Origin: the human T2T-CHM13v2.0 reference genome, Homo sapiens
DNA: 64,000 nt
Strand: one strand, 5' to 3'
Assembly: GCF_009914755.1 (NCBI RefSeq)
Contig: NC_060933.1
Within the stretch, counting starts at the first letter, position 1; every line of letters starts with the position of its first letter. Positions 42,578 through 55,114 of the stretch are shown here, piece by piece. The notes beneath the pieces were generated by a model. The model saw only the letters and a program-made list of their open reading frames with translations. It had not been told where the DNA came from and did not search any database. Made by a program: the position numbers and the translations under genes.

Positions 42578-43239
42578 TGTTAGTTTTTGCTTTAAGAGAC
42601 ACAGTGATAAGTATTAATGTAATAAGAAACATATGAATATATTCAACTTAAGAAAATTCATATCCAACTTCTACAGAATACAGCTGAACACATTCAACTT
42701 ATTCAAACTTGTCTACTCTAGCATATGTGGCATTAACTCCATATCTTCTCATTTACAAAACCATTCAACATTCTGGAAAATAATTCCACAGGAAATAAAT
42801 ATATATTTCTATTGTGCTTGCATGCCAGTGTTGAATACCCTGATCTGAACGTATTTTTTGTTAACAACTGCTATTTTATCCCTAATAGTGGTAGTGTTTC
42901 AATCTTTTATACAACATTCATACTTCATCAATGAGTAGAAATGAGATTTGCCTTCCCCAGTGGGGTTTATGGCAACCTGCTTCATGTGTGCTTTATTAGG
43001 AACAGCAATTCCACCTTATAGTGTCATTTCGTCTTCAGGAGTTTGGACTTTCAATTTCAGTAATTTATCAATTGACATAAACATTATCCAGTTTTCAATT
43101 GTAACTTTAAGTTAATAGTGAGACTTTATTAAGCACCTATTCTTATATCAACATGATATTAGCATCAAGAAGACCCCCTTGAAGTGATTTCATGATTGAC
43201 ATTTTAATGCTTAAATAACTATTAAGGAGGGTTTTGGAA

Positions 43240-43433
43240 AATATATATGTATACACATATATACATAAAATATATTAACATAAATTCATGCATATATTTA
43301 TATACTTATATATGTGTACATATTTACATATAAAATATATATGTATACATAAGTATACATATATACATATAAAACATATATGCATATATTCATATACATA
43401 CATGTATACATATATACATGTATATATATGTGT
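43240..43433. repeat. Degenerate (TA)/(CATA) low-complexity tract
   Basis: Read directly. Confidence 0.9.
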
Positions 43434-43549
43434 GAGTTAACATGCTCTTTTATAAACATGCTGTTTATGTATGTTTTTAATTTCTATTATGTATTTATGG
43501 CTAGTAGCTAAATAGAATTTGATATATGTAGCAGAGAAGAAAAGTTAAA

Positions 43550-43675
43550 TTATTTTTAACCACTATATCAAAGTGTGATTAACATACAAAAAACTACAGA
43601 TATTTAATGTACACAATTTTATGTGTTTGGAAATAAGTATACACTGATGAAATCATCAAACATCACTATTAATTT
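43550..43675 (-). mobile_element. L1M 3' end fragment
   Basis: aagtgtgattaacatacaaaaaactacagatatttaatgtacacaatttt is a reversed L1MA/MB terminus. Confidence 0.6.
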
Positions 43676-45772
43676 ATCAAATTTTCAAATCTAAATTTTG
43701 TTTATACTGTTATTAAAGAATAAGCATGCTAATTAAGAGAAAGTGTTGACTAAGCCTAAGGGTCTTATATGGAATGGAAGGCAGTTAAAACTCAAACATA
43801 TTAATTATTAATGAACTTTATTTGTATTAATGAAAGAAGAACAGTTACATAAAAAATGGTCACTTTGGACAGATGAAAACTAAGAAAATTCAAATATATT
43901 CATTTGCAAATTGCAAATAGTTCCTATATGTTACATAGATTGATCATCTTTTGATCTACCCCTTTGAGAAAAGTATATTTGTACCAATTTACATTTGCTT
44001 TTACTAAAAGAACCTATATTTACATAGAGGTACATGATTGTGTGGCAAAGTTATTAACAGGTCCAAATCCCAGTTAAACAACATAATTGTATGGATATAA
44101 TATTGACTTTTCATTTATTTATGTATTTATGTATTTAATTTTAATTTTTTAAATTTTTAAAATTTTACTCTAAGTTCTGGGAGACATGTGCAGAACGTGC
44201 AGGTTTGTCACATAGTTATACATGTGCCATGGTGGTTTGCTGAACCTATCAACCCATCATCTAGGTTTTACGCCCCGCATGCATTAATATTTCTCCTACT
44301 GTTCTCCCTCCCCTTGCCCCCCACTCCCTGACAGGCCCCAGTGTGTGATGTTCCTCTCCCTCTGTCCATGTGATCTCACTGTTCAACTCCCATATATGAG
44401 CGAGAACATGCGATGTTTGGTTTTCTGTTCCTGTGTTTGCTGAGAATGTTGGTTTCCAGCTGCATCCGTGTCCCTGAAAAAGACATGAGTTCATTATTTT
44501 TTATGGCTGCATAGTATTCCATTGTGTATATGTGCCACATTTTCTGTATCCAGTCTATCATTGATGGGCATTTGAGTTGGTTCCAAGTCTTTGCTCTTGT
44601 AAATAGTGCTGCAATAAACATATGTGTGCATGTGTCTTTATAGTAGAATGATTCATAATCCTTTGGGTATATACCTAGTACTGGGATTGCTGGGCTAAAT
44701 GGTATTTCTGGTTCTAGATCCTTGAGGAATCGCCACACTGTCTTCCACAATGGTTGAATTAATTTACATTTTCACCACTAGCGTAAAAACGTTCCTATTT
44801 CTCCACATTCTCTCCAGCATCTGTTGTTTCCTGACTTTTTAATGATCACCATTCTGACTGGCGTGAAATGGTATTTCATTGTGGTTTTGATTTGCATTTC
44901 TCTAATGACCGGTGATGATGAGATTTTTTTATCTTTTGTTTGTTAGCTGCATAAATATCTTCTTTTGAGAAGTTTCTGTTGATATACTTTGCCCACTTTT
45001 TGATGGGGTTGTTTTTTCCTTGTAAATTTGTTTAAGTTCCTTGTAGATTCTGCATATGAGCCCTTTGTCAGATGGATAGATTGCAAAAATTTTCTTCCAT
45101 TTTGTAGGTTGCCCATTTATTCTGATGATAATTTCTTTTGCTCTGTAGAAACTCTTTAGTTTAATTAGATCTCATTTGTCAATTTTGGCTTTTGTTGCCA
45201 TTGCTTTTGGTGTTTTAGTCATGAAGTCTTTGTCCATGCCTATGTCCTGAATGGTATTGACTAGGTTTTCTTCTAGGGTTTTTATGGTTTTAGGTTTTAC
45301 ATTTAAGTCTTCAATCCGTCTTCATTTAATTTTCATATAAGGTATAAGGAAGGGTCCAGTTTCAGTTTTCTGCATATGTCTGGCCAGTTTTCCCAACACC
45401 ATTTATTAAATAGGGAATCCTTTCCCCATTGATTGTTTTTGTCAGGTTTGTCAAAGATCAGATGATTGTAGATGTGTGGTATTTTTTCTGAGGCCTTTGC
45501 TCTGCTCCATTCATCTATGTATCTGTTTTGGTACCAGTACCATGCTGTTTTGGTTACTGTAGCCTTGCAGTATATTTTGAAGTCAGGTAGCATGATACCT
45601 CCAGCTTTGTTCTTTTTGCTTAGGATTATCTTGGCTGTAGGGGCTCTTTTTTGGTTCCCTATGAAATTTAAAGTAGTTTTTTTTTTCTAATTCTGTGAAG
45701 AAAATCAATGGTAGGTTGATGGGAATAGCATTGAATCAATACATTACTTTGGGTATTATGACCATTTTCATG

Positions 45773-45857
45773 ATCCATGAGCATGGAATATTTTTCCTTC
45801 CTATCCATGAGCATGGAATGTTTTTTCTTTCTATCCATGAGCATGGAATGTTTTTCC
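45773..45857. repeat. 30-bp tandem triplication in L1 ORF2
   Basis: atccatgagcatggaat at 45773, 45803 and 45833; the ORF track shows KNIPCSWI three times. Confidence 0.95.
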
Positions 45858-48800
45858 ATTTGTTTGTGTCCTCTCCTATTTCCTTGAGCAGTGCTTTGTA
45901 GTTCCCCTTGAAGAGGTCTTTCACATCCCTTGTAAGTTGTGTTCCTAGGTATTTTATTCTCTCTGTAGCAATTGTGAACGTGAGTTAACTCGTGATGATT
46001 CTAGTCTTGTCTACTGTTGGCATATAGGAATGCTTGTGACTTCTGCACATTGATTTTGTATCCTAAGACTTGGCTGACTTTGCTCATCAGCTTAAGGAGT
46101 TTTGGTCTGAGACAATGGGGTTTTCTAAATATACAATCATGTCATATGCAAACAGAGACAATTTGGCTTCCTTTCTTCCTGTTTGAATACCCTTTATTTC
46201 TTTCTCTTGCCTGATTGCCCTGGCCAGAACTTCCCATACTATGTTGAATAGGAGTAGTGAGACAGTGCATCCTTATCTTGTGCCAGTTTTCAAAGGGAAT
46301 GCTTCCAGCTTTTGCCCTTTCAGTATGATATTGGCTGTGGGGTGGTCATAAATAGCTTTTAATATTTTGAGATATGTTCCATCAGTACCTAGTTTATTGA
46401 GTGCTTTTAGCATGAAGCTGTGTTGAATTTTATCGAAGGCCTATTCTGAATCTATTGAGATAATCAGGTGTGTTTTTTTTTCATTGGTTCTGTTTATGTG
46501 ATGGATTACATTTAGTGATTTTTGTATGTTGAACCAGGCTTGCATCCCAGGGATGAAGCCAACTTGATCGTGGTGGATAAGCTTCTTGATGTGCTGCTGG
46601 ATTTGGTTTGCCAGTATTTAATTAGGATTTTCATATCGATGTTCATCAGAGGTTTTGGCCTGAAGTTTTCTTTTTTTGTTGTGTCTCTGCCAGGTTTTGA
46701 TATCAGGTTGATACTGGCCTCATGAACTGAGTTAGGGAGGAGTCTTTCTTTTTGTATTGTTTGCAATAGTTTCAGAAGGTATGGTACCGGTTCTTCTTTG
46801 TACCTCTGGTAGAATTTGGCTGTGACTCAGGGATTCGACTGCTTCCTGGTTTAGACTTGGGAGGGTACATGGGTCCAGGAATTTATCCATTTCTTCTAGA
46901 TTTTCTAGTTATTTTCGTAAAGGTGTTTACAGTATTCTCTGATGGAGTTTGTATTTTTGTGGGATCAGTGGTGCTCTCCCCTTTATCATTTTTTATTGTG
47001 TCAAATTGATTCTTCTCTCTTTTTTTCTTTACTAGTCTGGCTAGTGGTCTATCTATTTTGTTAATCTTTTTGAAAAACCAGCTCCTGGATTCATTGATTT
47101 TTTTAAGGGATTTTTGTGTGTCTTTCTCCTTCATTTCTGCTCTCATCTTAGTCATTACTTTTCTTCTGCTAGCTTTTGAATTTGTTTGCTCTTGCTTCTC
47201 TAGTTCTTTTAATTGTGATGTTCAGGTGTTGATTGTAGATCTTTCCAGCTTTTTGATGTGGGTAATTACTGCTGTAAATTTCCCTCTTAACACTGTTTTA
47301 GCTGTGCCCCAGAGATTCTAGTACATTGTGTCTTTGTTCTCATTGGTTTCAAAGAGCTTCTTTATTTCTGCCTTAATTTTGTTATTTACCCAGTCATCAT
47401 TCAGCAGCAGGTTGTTCAGTTTCTATGTAATTGTGCAGTTTTAAGTTAGTTTCTTAATCCTGAGTTCTAATTTGATTGCACTGTGGTCTCAGAGACTGTT
47501 TCTTCTGACTTCTGTTCTTTTGCATTTCCTGAGGAGTGTTTTACTTCCAATTTTGTGGTCGATTTTAGAATAAGTGTTATGTGGTGCTGAGAAGAATGTA
47601 TATTCTGTTGATTTGGGGTGGAGAGTTCTATAGATGTCTATTAGGTCTGCTTGGTTCAGAGCTGAGTTCAAGTTCTGAATATCCTTGTTAATTTTCTGTC
47701 TCGATCTGTCTAATATTGACAGGAGGGTGCTAAAGTCTCCCACTATTATTGTGTGGGAGTCTAAGTCTCTTTGTAGGTCTCTAAGAACTAGTTTTATGAA
47801 TCTGGGTTCTCCTGTATTGGGTGCATATATATTTATTTAGGATTGTTAAGTCTTCTTGTTGCATTAATCCCTTTACCATTATGTAATGCCCTTCGTTATC
47901 TTTTTTGATCTTTGTTGGTTTAAAGTTTGTTTTATCAGACTAGTTTTGCAATGCCTGCTTTTTCTTATTTTTTTTTTTTTTGCTTTCAATTTGTTTGGTA
48001 AATATTCCTCCATCCCTTTATTTTTAGCCTATGTGTGTCTTTGCGTATGAGATGTGTCTCCTGAATACAGCACACCGATGTGTCTTGATTCTATCCAATT
48101 TGCCAGTCTATGCCTATTAATTGGGGTATTTAGGCCATTTATATTTAAGGTTAATATTGTTATGTGTGAATTTGAATTTGATCTTGTCCTCATTACGCTA
48201 GCTGCTTATTTTCCACATTAGTTGAAGCAGTTTCTTCATAGTGTCATTGGTCTTATATATTTTGGTGTGTTTTTGCAGTGGCTGGTACTGGTGGTTCCTT
48301 TCCATATTTAGTGCTTCCTTCAGGAGCTCTTCCTTCAGGAGCCTCGTGGTGACAAAAATCCCTCAGCATTTGCTTGTCTTGAAAGGATTTTATTTCTCCT
48401 TCGCTTTTGAAGCTTAGTTTGACGGGTATGAAATCTGGGTGGAAAATTCTTTTAAGAATGTTGAATATTGGTCCTAACTCTCTTTGACTTATAGGGTTTC
48501 TGCAGAGAGATCCGCTGTTAGTCTGATGGGCTTCCCCTTGCGGGTAACCTGAGCTTTCTCTCTGGCTGCCCTTAACATTGCTTCCTTCATTTCAACTTTG
48601 GAGAATCAGATGATTATGTGTCTTAGGGTTGCTCTTCTCAAGGATTATCTTAGTGGTGTTCTCTGTATTTCCTGAATTTCTATGTTGGCCTGTCTTGCTA
48701 GGGTGGGGAAGTTCTCCTGGATAATATCCTGAAATGTGTATTCCAACTTGGTTGCATTCTCCTCATCAATTTCAGATACACCAGCCAATCATAGGTTTGG

Positions 48801-49511
48801 TCTTTTCACATAGTGCCATATTTCTTGGAGGCCTTGTTCATTCATTTTCATTCTTTTTTTTTTCTAATCTTGTCTTTACACCTTATTTCAGTAAGTTGAT
48901 CTTCAATCTCTGATATCCCTTCTTCCACTTGATCGATTCAGCTATTGATACTTGTGTATGCTTCAGAAGTTCTTGTGCTGTGTTTTTCAGCTCCATCAAG
49001 TCATTTATTTTCCTCTGTAAACTGGTTATTCTAGTTAGCACTTCTTGTAACCTTTTATCAGGTTCTTAGCTTCCATGCATTGCATTAGAACATGCTCCTT
49101 TAGCACAGAGGAGTTTGTTATTACCCACCTTTGAAGCCTACTTCTGTCATTTCATCAATCTCATTCTCTGTCCAGTTTTGTACCCTTGCTGGAGAGGAGT
49201 TGTGATCATGGTGGAGAAGAGGCATTCTGGTTTTTGGAATTTTTAGTCTTTTGCATTGGTGTTTCCTAATCTTTGTGGATTTACCTATCTTTGATCTTTG
49301 AGTCCGATGACCTTTGGATGGGGTTTTTGTGTGGGGGTCCTTTCTGTTGATGTTGATGTTGTTGCTTTCTGTTTGCTAGTTTTTCTTCAAACAGTCAGGC
49401 CTCTCTTCTGCAGGTCTGCTGCAGTTCACTGGGGATGCACGCCAGAACGTGTTCGACTGCGAATCACCAGTGGAGACCGCAGAATAGCAAAGACTGCCGC
49501 CTGCTCTTGCC

Positions 49512-49759
49512 TCAAGAAGCCACGATCAAGTTGGCTTCATCCCTGGGATGCAAGCCTGGTTCAACATATAAAAATCACTAAATGTAATCCATCACATAAA
49601 CAGAACCAATGAAAAAAAAACACCTGATTATCTCAATAGATGCAGAAAAGGCCTTCGATAAAATTCAACACCCCTTCATGCTAAAAGCTCTCAATAAACT
49701 AGGTATTGATGGAACATATCTCAAAATATTAAAAGCTATTTATGACCACCCCACAGCCA
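49512..49759 (+). other. Inverted copy of 46332-46589 inserted in the 5' region of the same L1
   Basis: 49521-49759 versus the reverse complement of 46332-46572: 7 substitutions and one 2-nt indel in 239 bp. Confidence 0.95.
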
Positions 49760-50884
49760 TTGGTTGTAGCAGAGCCTACAGAACAGCAAAGATTGCTTCC
49801 TCTTCTTTCCTCTGGAAGATTCGTCCCAGAGGGGCACCTGCCTGATGCCAGCCAGAGCTCTCCTGTATGAGGTGTCTGTTGACCCTTGTTGGGAGGTCTC
49901 TCCCAGTCAGAAGGCACGGGCGTCGGGGACTCACTTGAGAAGGCAGTCTGTTTCTTAGCAGAGCTCGAATGCTGTGCCAGGAGAATCCTCCTTGTCAGAA
50001 TCAACTGCTCTCTTCAGAGCCTGCAGGCAGGAAACTTTATGCCCACTGAAACTGTGCCCACAGATGCCCCTTCCCCCAGGTGCTCTGTCCCAGGGAGGTG
50101 GGAACTTTATCTATAAGCCTCTGTCTGGGGCTGCTGCCTTTCTTTCAGAGATGCCCTGCTCAGTGAGGAGGAATCTAGAGAGGCAGTCTGGCCACAGCTG
50201 CTTTGCCAGGCTGTGGTGAATTGCACCTAGTCCAAACCTCCCGGCCTCCGTAGCACTGTCAGGGGAAAACCACTTACTAAAGCCTCAGTAATAGTGGATG
50301 TCCCTCCCCTCATCAAGCCTGATCGTCCCGCGTTGACTTCAGACTGCTGTGCTGGCAGTGAAAATTTCAAGCCAGTGGTTCTTAGCTTGTTGGGCTCCGT
50401 GGGCATGGGACCCGCAGAGTGAGACCACTTGGCTCCCTTACTTTAGTCCACTTGCCAGGGGAGTGAATGGATCTGTCTTGCTGGGGTTCCTGGCGCCACT
50501 GGGGTGTGAAGAAAACTCATGCAGCTAGCTCGGTGTCTGCCCAAAACAGCCTCCCAGTTTCGTGCTTTGAAATCCAGGACCCTGCTGGTGTAGGCACATG
50601 AGGAAATCTTCTGATCTGTGGATTGCAAAACCCGTGGGAAAAATGTAGTATCCAGGCTGGGTAGCACAGTCCCTCATGGCTTCCTTTGGCTGGGGAAGGG
50701 AGGTCCCCAGGCTCCTTCTCGGGTAATGTGATGCCCCACCCTGCTTCTGCTCACCCTCCGTGGGCTGCACCCACTGCGTAAGCAGTCCCAGTGAGATGAA
50801 CTGGGTATCTCAGTTGGAAATTCAGAAATCACTTGCCTTCTACATTGGTCTCGCTGGGAGCTGCTGACCTGAGCTGTTCCTATT

Positions 50885-50895
50885 CAGCCATCTTG
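50885..50895 (-). promoter_or_regulatory. YY1 motif of the L1 internal promoter, CpG-decayed
   Basis: CAAGATGGCTG about 12 nt from the L1 5' end; the canonical motif is CAAGATGGCCG. Activity is unknown. Confidence 0.55.
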
Positions 50896-51503
50896 CCAGA
50901 TCCTCAACTTTTCATTCAATAAGTCTTGATATATCATCCCTCTTTGCCTTTGTCATGCATTTCTCTTTCTCATGAATTAGCCATCTCCTAAACTCATTCA
51001 TAAGATCACTCTTTCTATGAAGCTACTGCTTAATTTTGTTTAGTGAAGCCTTTCTAAGTTATGTGAGTCCAAACATTTATCATTCCTTTGAATGTAACAT
51101 TTATTACAAATCACTTCACATTATTTCATTTTGTGTCTATATTGTTATCCTGCCATCTAAAGAGATTGGGATTATTTTTCTCGAGTGTTTTATGCCTTGT
51201 AGCTTTTGCAAAAAAAAAAAAAAAAATGTGCATGCTATACTATTTTTATTGAATGCATGACAATCCTTTACTAGCAATTTCTACTTTGGTGTTAATACTC
51301 TTTTTACTAACCTCCCCTCTTTTGTTGATTCTAACCTGTTCACATTCAAGTTTTATTTTTCTCTAATTCAATAACATTTTTATTTTCATTTATTCACATA
51401 TAATTTATTGTGTTCCTGTTATAAGTTTACAGATTTGCTTGGATATTCTTAAAGGCAGAAATCCTTTCTTTGATTCATTTTACAACCATTTCATATTCAC
51501 TGA

Positions 51504-51823
<320 letters not shown>

Positions 51824-51997
51824 TGAGAATTTTTTATGATGCCAGGCATCATCCTTTTCCCTAAAGCATACTGGAGGATTTAGCAAATAATGAACCATTA
51901 GTAATAGATGTGTTGCAATGAATACGTGGATGAATGAATGGAAAACTTTTATTCGGTACACTCATATTTACTGATGTTGGCCATGCTCAATAAATTT

Positions 51998-52298
<301 letters not shown>

Positions 52299-52714
52299 TA
52301 TTAAATTATTAATTGTTAGTTTTTCTGCAAGACCCAAGTAGTTTTGCAATGTGAGGCAGCCTCTATCTGGACATTTGCAGGAAAATGGTAGGGCTCACTT
52401 ATGAAAACTAGACTTGGTTAACTTGACAATCAAACACCTAGTTTCTAGTTGACTTCCTTGAATTACTTATAATAATTAATTTTTACTTCCCCAGTTTATA
52501 AAATGAAAAGCTTATATTAGTTGAAAGCACTGATCTTTTGCAAGCCTAGGGATTTCTAACTTTAAGAATCATTTTATCTGTGCATAAATGCACCATGAAA
52601 ATTGAATGCATGTATTATACAATGTGTAGTTTACTAACGTATTTTTGTTTTGATTTCAAGTTCAAAATGATCTCTTTTTTTTCCAAAGAGAAATTTAGAT
52701 GAGGCAAGATTGTA

Positions 52715-52965
52715 TCAGGGTTAAGGTCGTGGGTATTAAACTCAAACAGACTGAGTTAATGTGTAAGCTCTGTCATTTATTAAGTGTGTGAAGATAGGCA
52801 AAAACATAAATCTGTCTGAGCATAAGTTTGTTCATTTCTGTAATAGGAAGAATAATGAAACTTATTTCATAAGGCTGTCACTCTCCAATGCATTAAAGCA
52901 TGTGAAGCACTTGTCATAATTCCTGGTACATGATTAGAACTTGAGGACTATTGGTTATCATTATC
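52715..52965 (+). mobile_element. MIR SINE
   Basis: tcaaacagactgagtt...gctctgtcatttattaagtgtgtgaagataggcaa...gcatgtgaagcacttg. Confidence 0.8.
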
Positions 52966-53711
52966 AATATTAATATAGAAAAGAATTGTATATTAAGAAG
53001 CTATTTTCCTGAAAATACTTGACTCAGATTTTTCATTTGATTCTCAACCCCCAACGTCAAATTTCTCTTGGATGGTTTGAATTGTCACCTTTTGTTATAT
53101 AAATAATTTATTGGAGACTTTCAAGTCTTCTAGGACTTCAGTATTGTTCACAAAATCAACAAAATAATAATTTCAAGCAAATTAGATGTTATTCACCTTT
53201 TAAAAAATTATTTTTTTCACTTTTATATTATATTCATCATCTTTCAGTAATAACAAAGTCTGACATTTGGTTTTTGCAAAAAGAATCAACAAAGGTTAAG
53301 AAAACTCATCTTAGCAGATATTAAAATGAGGATGATGAAGTTCTATTTTATAGCATAGTGATTGTTTTATTATGTCTTGTGTATTTAATCTTATTACCTA
53401 AATATATGAATAGCAAAATGATATATAATAATACTAATAAAAATGTACTATCCAAGAAAGAGGAGATCTGCTATTCTTGATTAGCTCATGGCAATAGTAA
53501 CTTTTTCTCTGTCTCTACCAAGACTTTCTGACAATTTTTGTTGAACAAGTCTTAATGGTGTCGTCACACTCTTTTCTAGAGGCCCTTTAAAATACCTTGT
53601 CAGTTGCCTTTTAAATCTTCATATGGTACCTAGTGTAATATACGCTAGAAATATTCACTGAGAACTTGTTCACCAGATAGAAGTTATGACCTTTTTTAGG
53701 GATGAAATAAT

Positions 53712-53950
53712 CTAACTAATATTTGTATTTTTAGCTATGTGCAAAACACTCTGCTAAGCATTTAGAATAAAACAACAGTGAAGGTGTAGCCCCCGTATCC
53801 AAAGAACTTAAAATCAAGTACAAGAATGTATTTGTGTATGCAAGTACTATCGCTAATCTTTGGCACTGTAAGTGTCAGAACATCATACCTAAACCAATAG
53901 AGAATTGGTGCAGGGAGTGTAGGAAGGGAACCCTCAAGAAAGTTTCCCAG
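53712..53950 (-). mobile_element. L2 fragment
   Basis: ctatgtgcaaaacactctgctaagcattt...caaagaacttaaaatc. Confidence 0.5.
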
Positions 53951-55114
53951 ATATTCACATATTCACTTTTCTTAGTGGAATTTAATACAATTTGTCATTT
54001 TGGAAGATTTCCAGTACAGAAAAACCCAGAAACAAACCATGCCTCTGAATGAGGAAATTGAATACGTTTCTTCAATGGGATTTGCACATTTATATCCATG
54101 TGAATACTCGCCTAAACAGTGGGTGAAATAATGTTACATGGATCAGACTCATAAGCCCCCATGTTTCATAAATATCTATAATATATCTCAATAACATTAG
54201 ACAGATTGTGATGGAATCCAGAACCTGATAACCTCCTGTCTGGGAAAAAAGTAATTTCACTTTTGTGAGGGAGTAGTCCGTTTTTAGGAAATCCCATAAT
54301 TTTTTGCAGGAATTAAGAGTCTTTGAAACAAAAGCACAGAATCTCTTCCTTTTCCCTGACCTTGCCTCCTAGTGATTACAGTCATCTAGTTGGCCAGCCC
54401 AGAGTGCTCCTTTCTTTGCCATATTTACTTTTCAATGGTTTGAAATGACAAAAAAATTGGCATTAGTACTAGAATACTGAGACAAGATAATGGTTTGCCA
54501 CTTTGAAAGAAAATGTCTCTGGAGCTTTGCCTGCGCGAGATCAGAGTCCTGTCAAAACATTCTATTCTGTAGGATTAATCTCTTAAATATGTTAGAATAC
54601 TTCCATTTATAGAACTCTCCTGTGACTTATAAGCAGTGATATTCAGAAACTGACAAATGGATTGATAAAATCTTTCTGTGGCTTAATGAGAGAAACAGAG
54701 CAAACCAAGTCAGGTCTATTTTTTGTCTGGGATTTATAGGCAAAAGTTGAGCTTAAGAGGGCCACCCACTTCTTTGAATTTTCTTTGCATCCTATGAATC
54801 TAATGAATTTGTAAAATATTAGTCAATGATATGACTAATGTTGAAATACAAATGTTTATTTTACACACATATGGGATGGGGTCATGTTTATCATATGCCT
54901 AGGATGTTAGTATCTATGTCTATATTGTTATCTGCTATTTGAAAATGACTACACCAGGAGCTATGGAGGAGAATGCACTTCATAATTCCAGATACTATCC
55001 AGAAATTTCCCAGATACTTCTTGTTAACCAACTTCTTTTGCAATTAACATAAATAGTAGCCTTTTTCTCAGGAGATATTTTTGTAATTACTCTAGCACAA
55101 TATTACATTAAGAT

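Larger units (their letters stand above)
44116..50906 (-). mobile_element. Full-length L1PA7-type element (6.8 kb), ORFs disrupted, with internal rearrangements
   Basis: TSD acttttcatt at 44106-44115 and 50907-50916. 5' end GGATCTGGCAAGATGGCTGAATAGGAACAGCTC. ORF2 fragments [36 protein letters not shown] and [11 protein letters not shown]. Confidence 0.95.

Noticed and set aside
44116-50906. Retrotransposition-competent L1
   Set aside because: ORF2 is broken into many short frames, with deletions, a triplication and an insertion.
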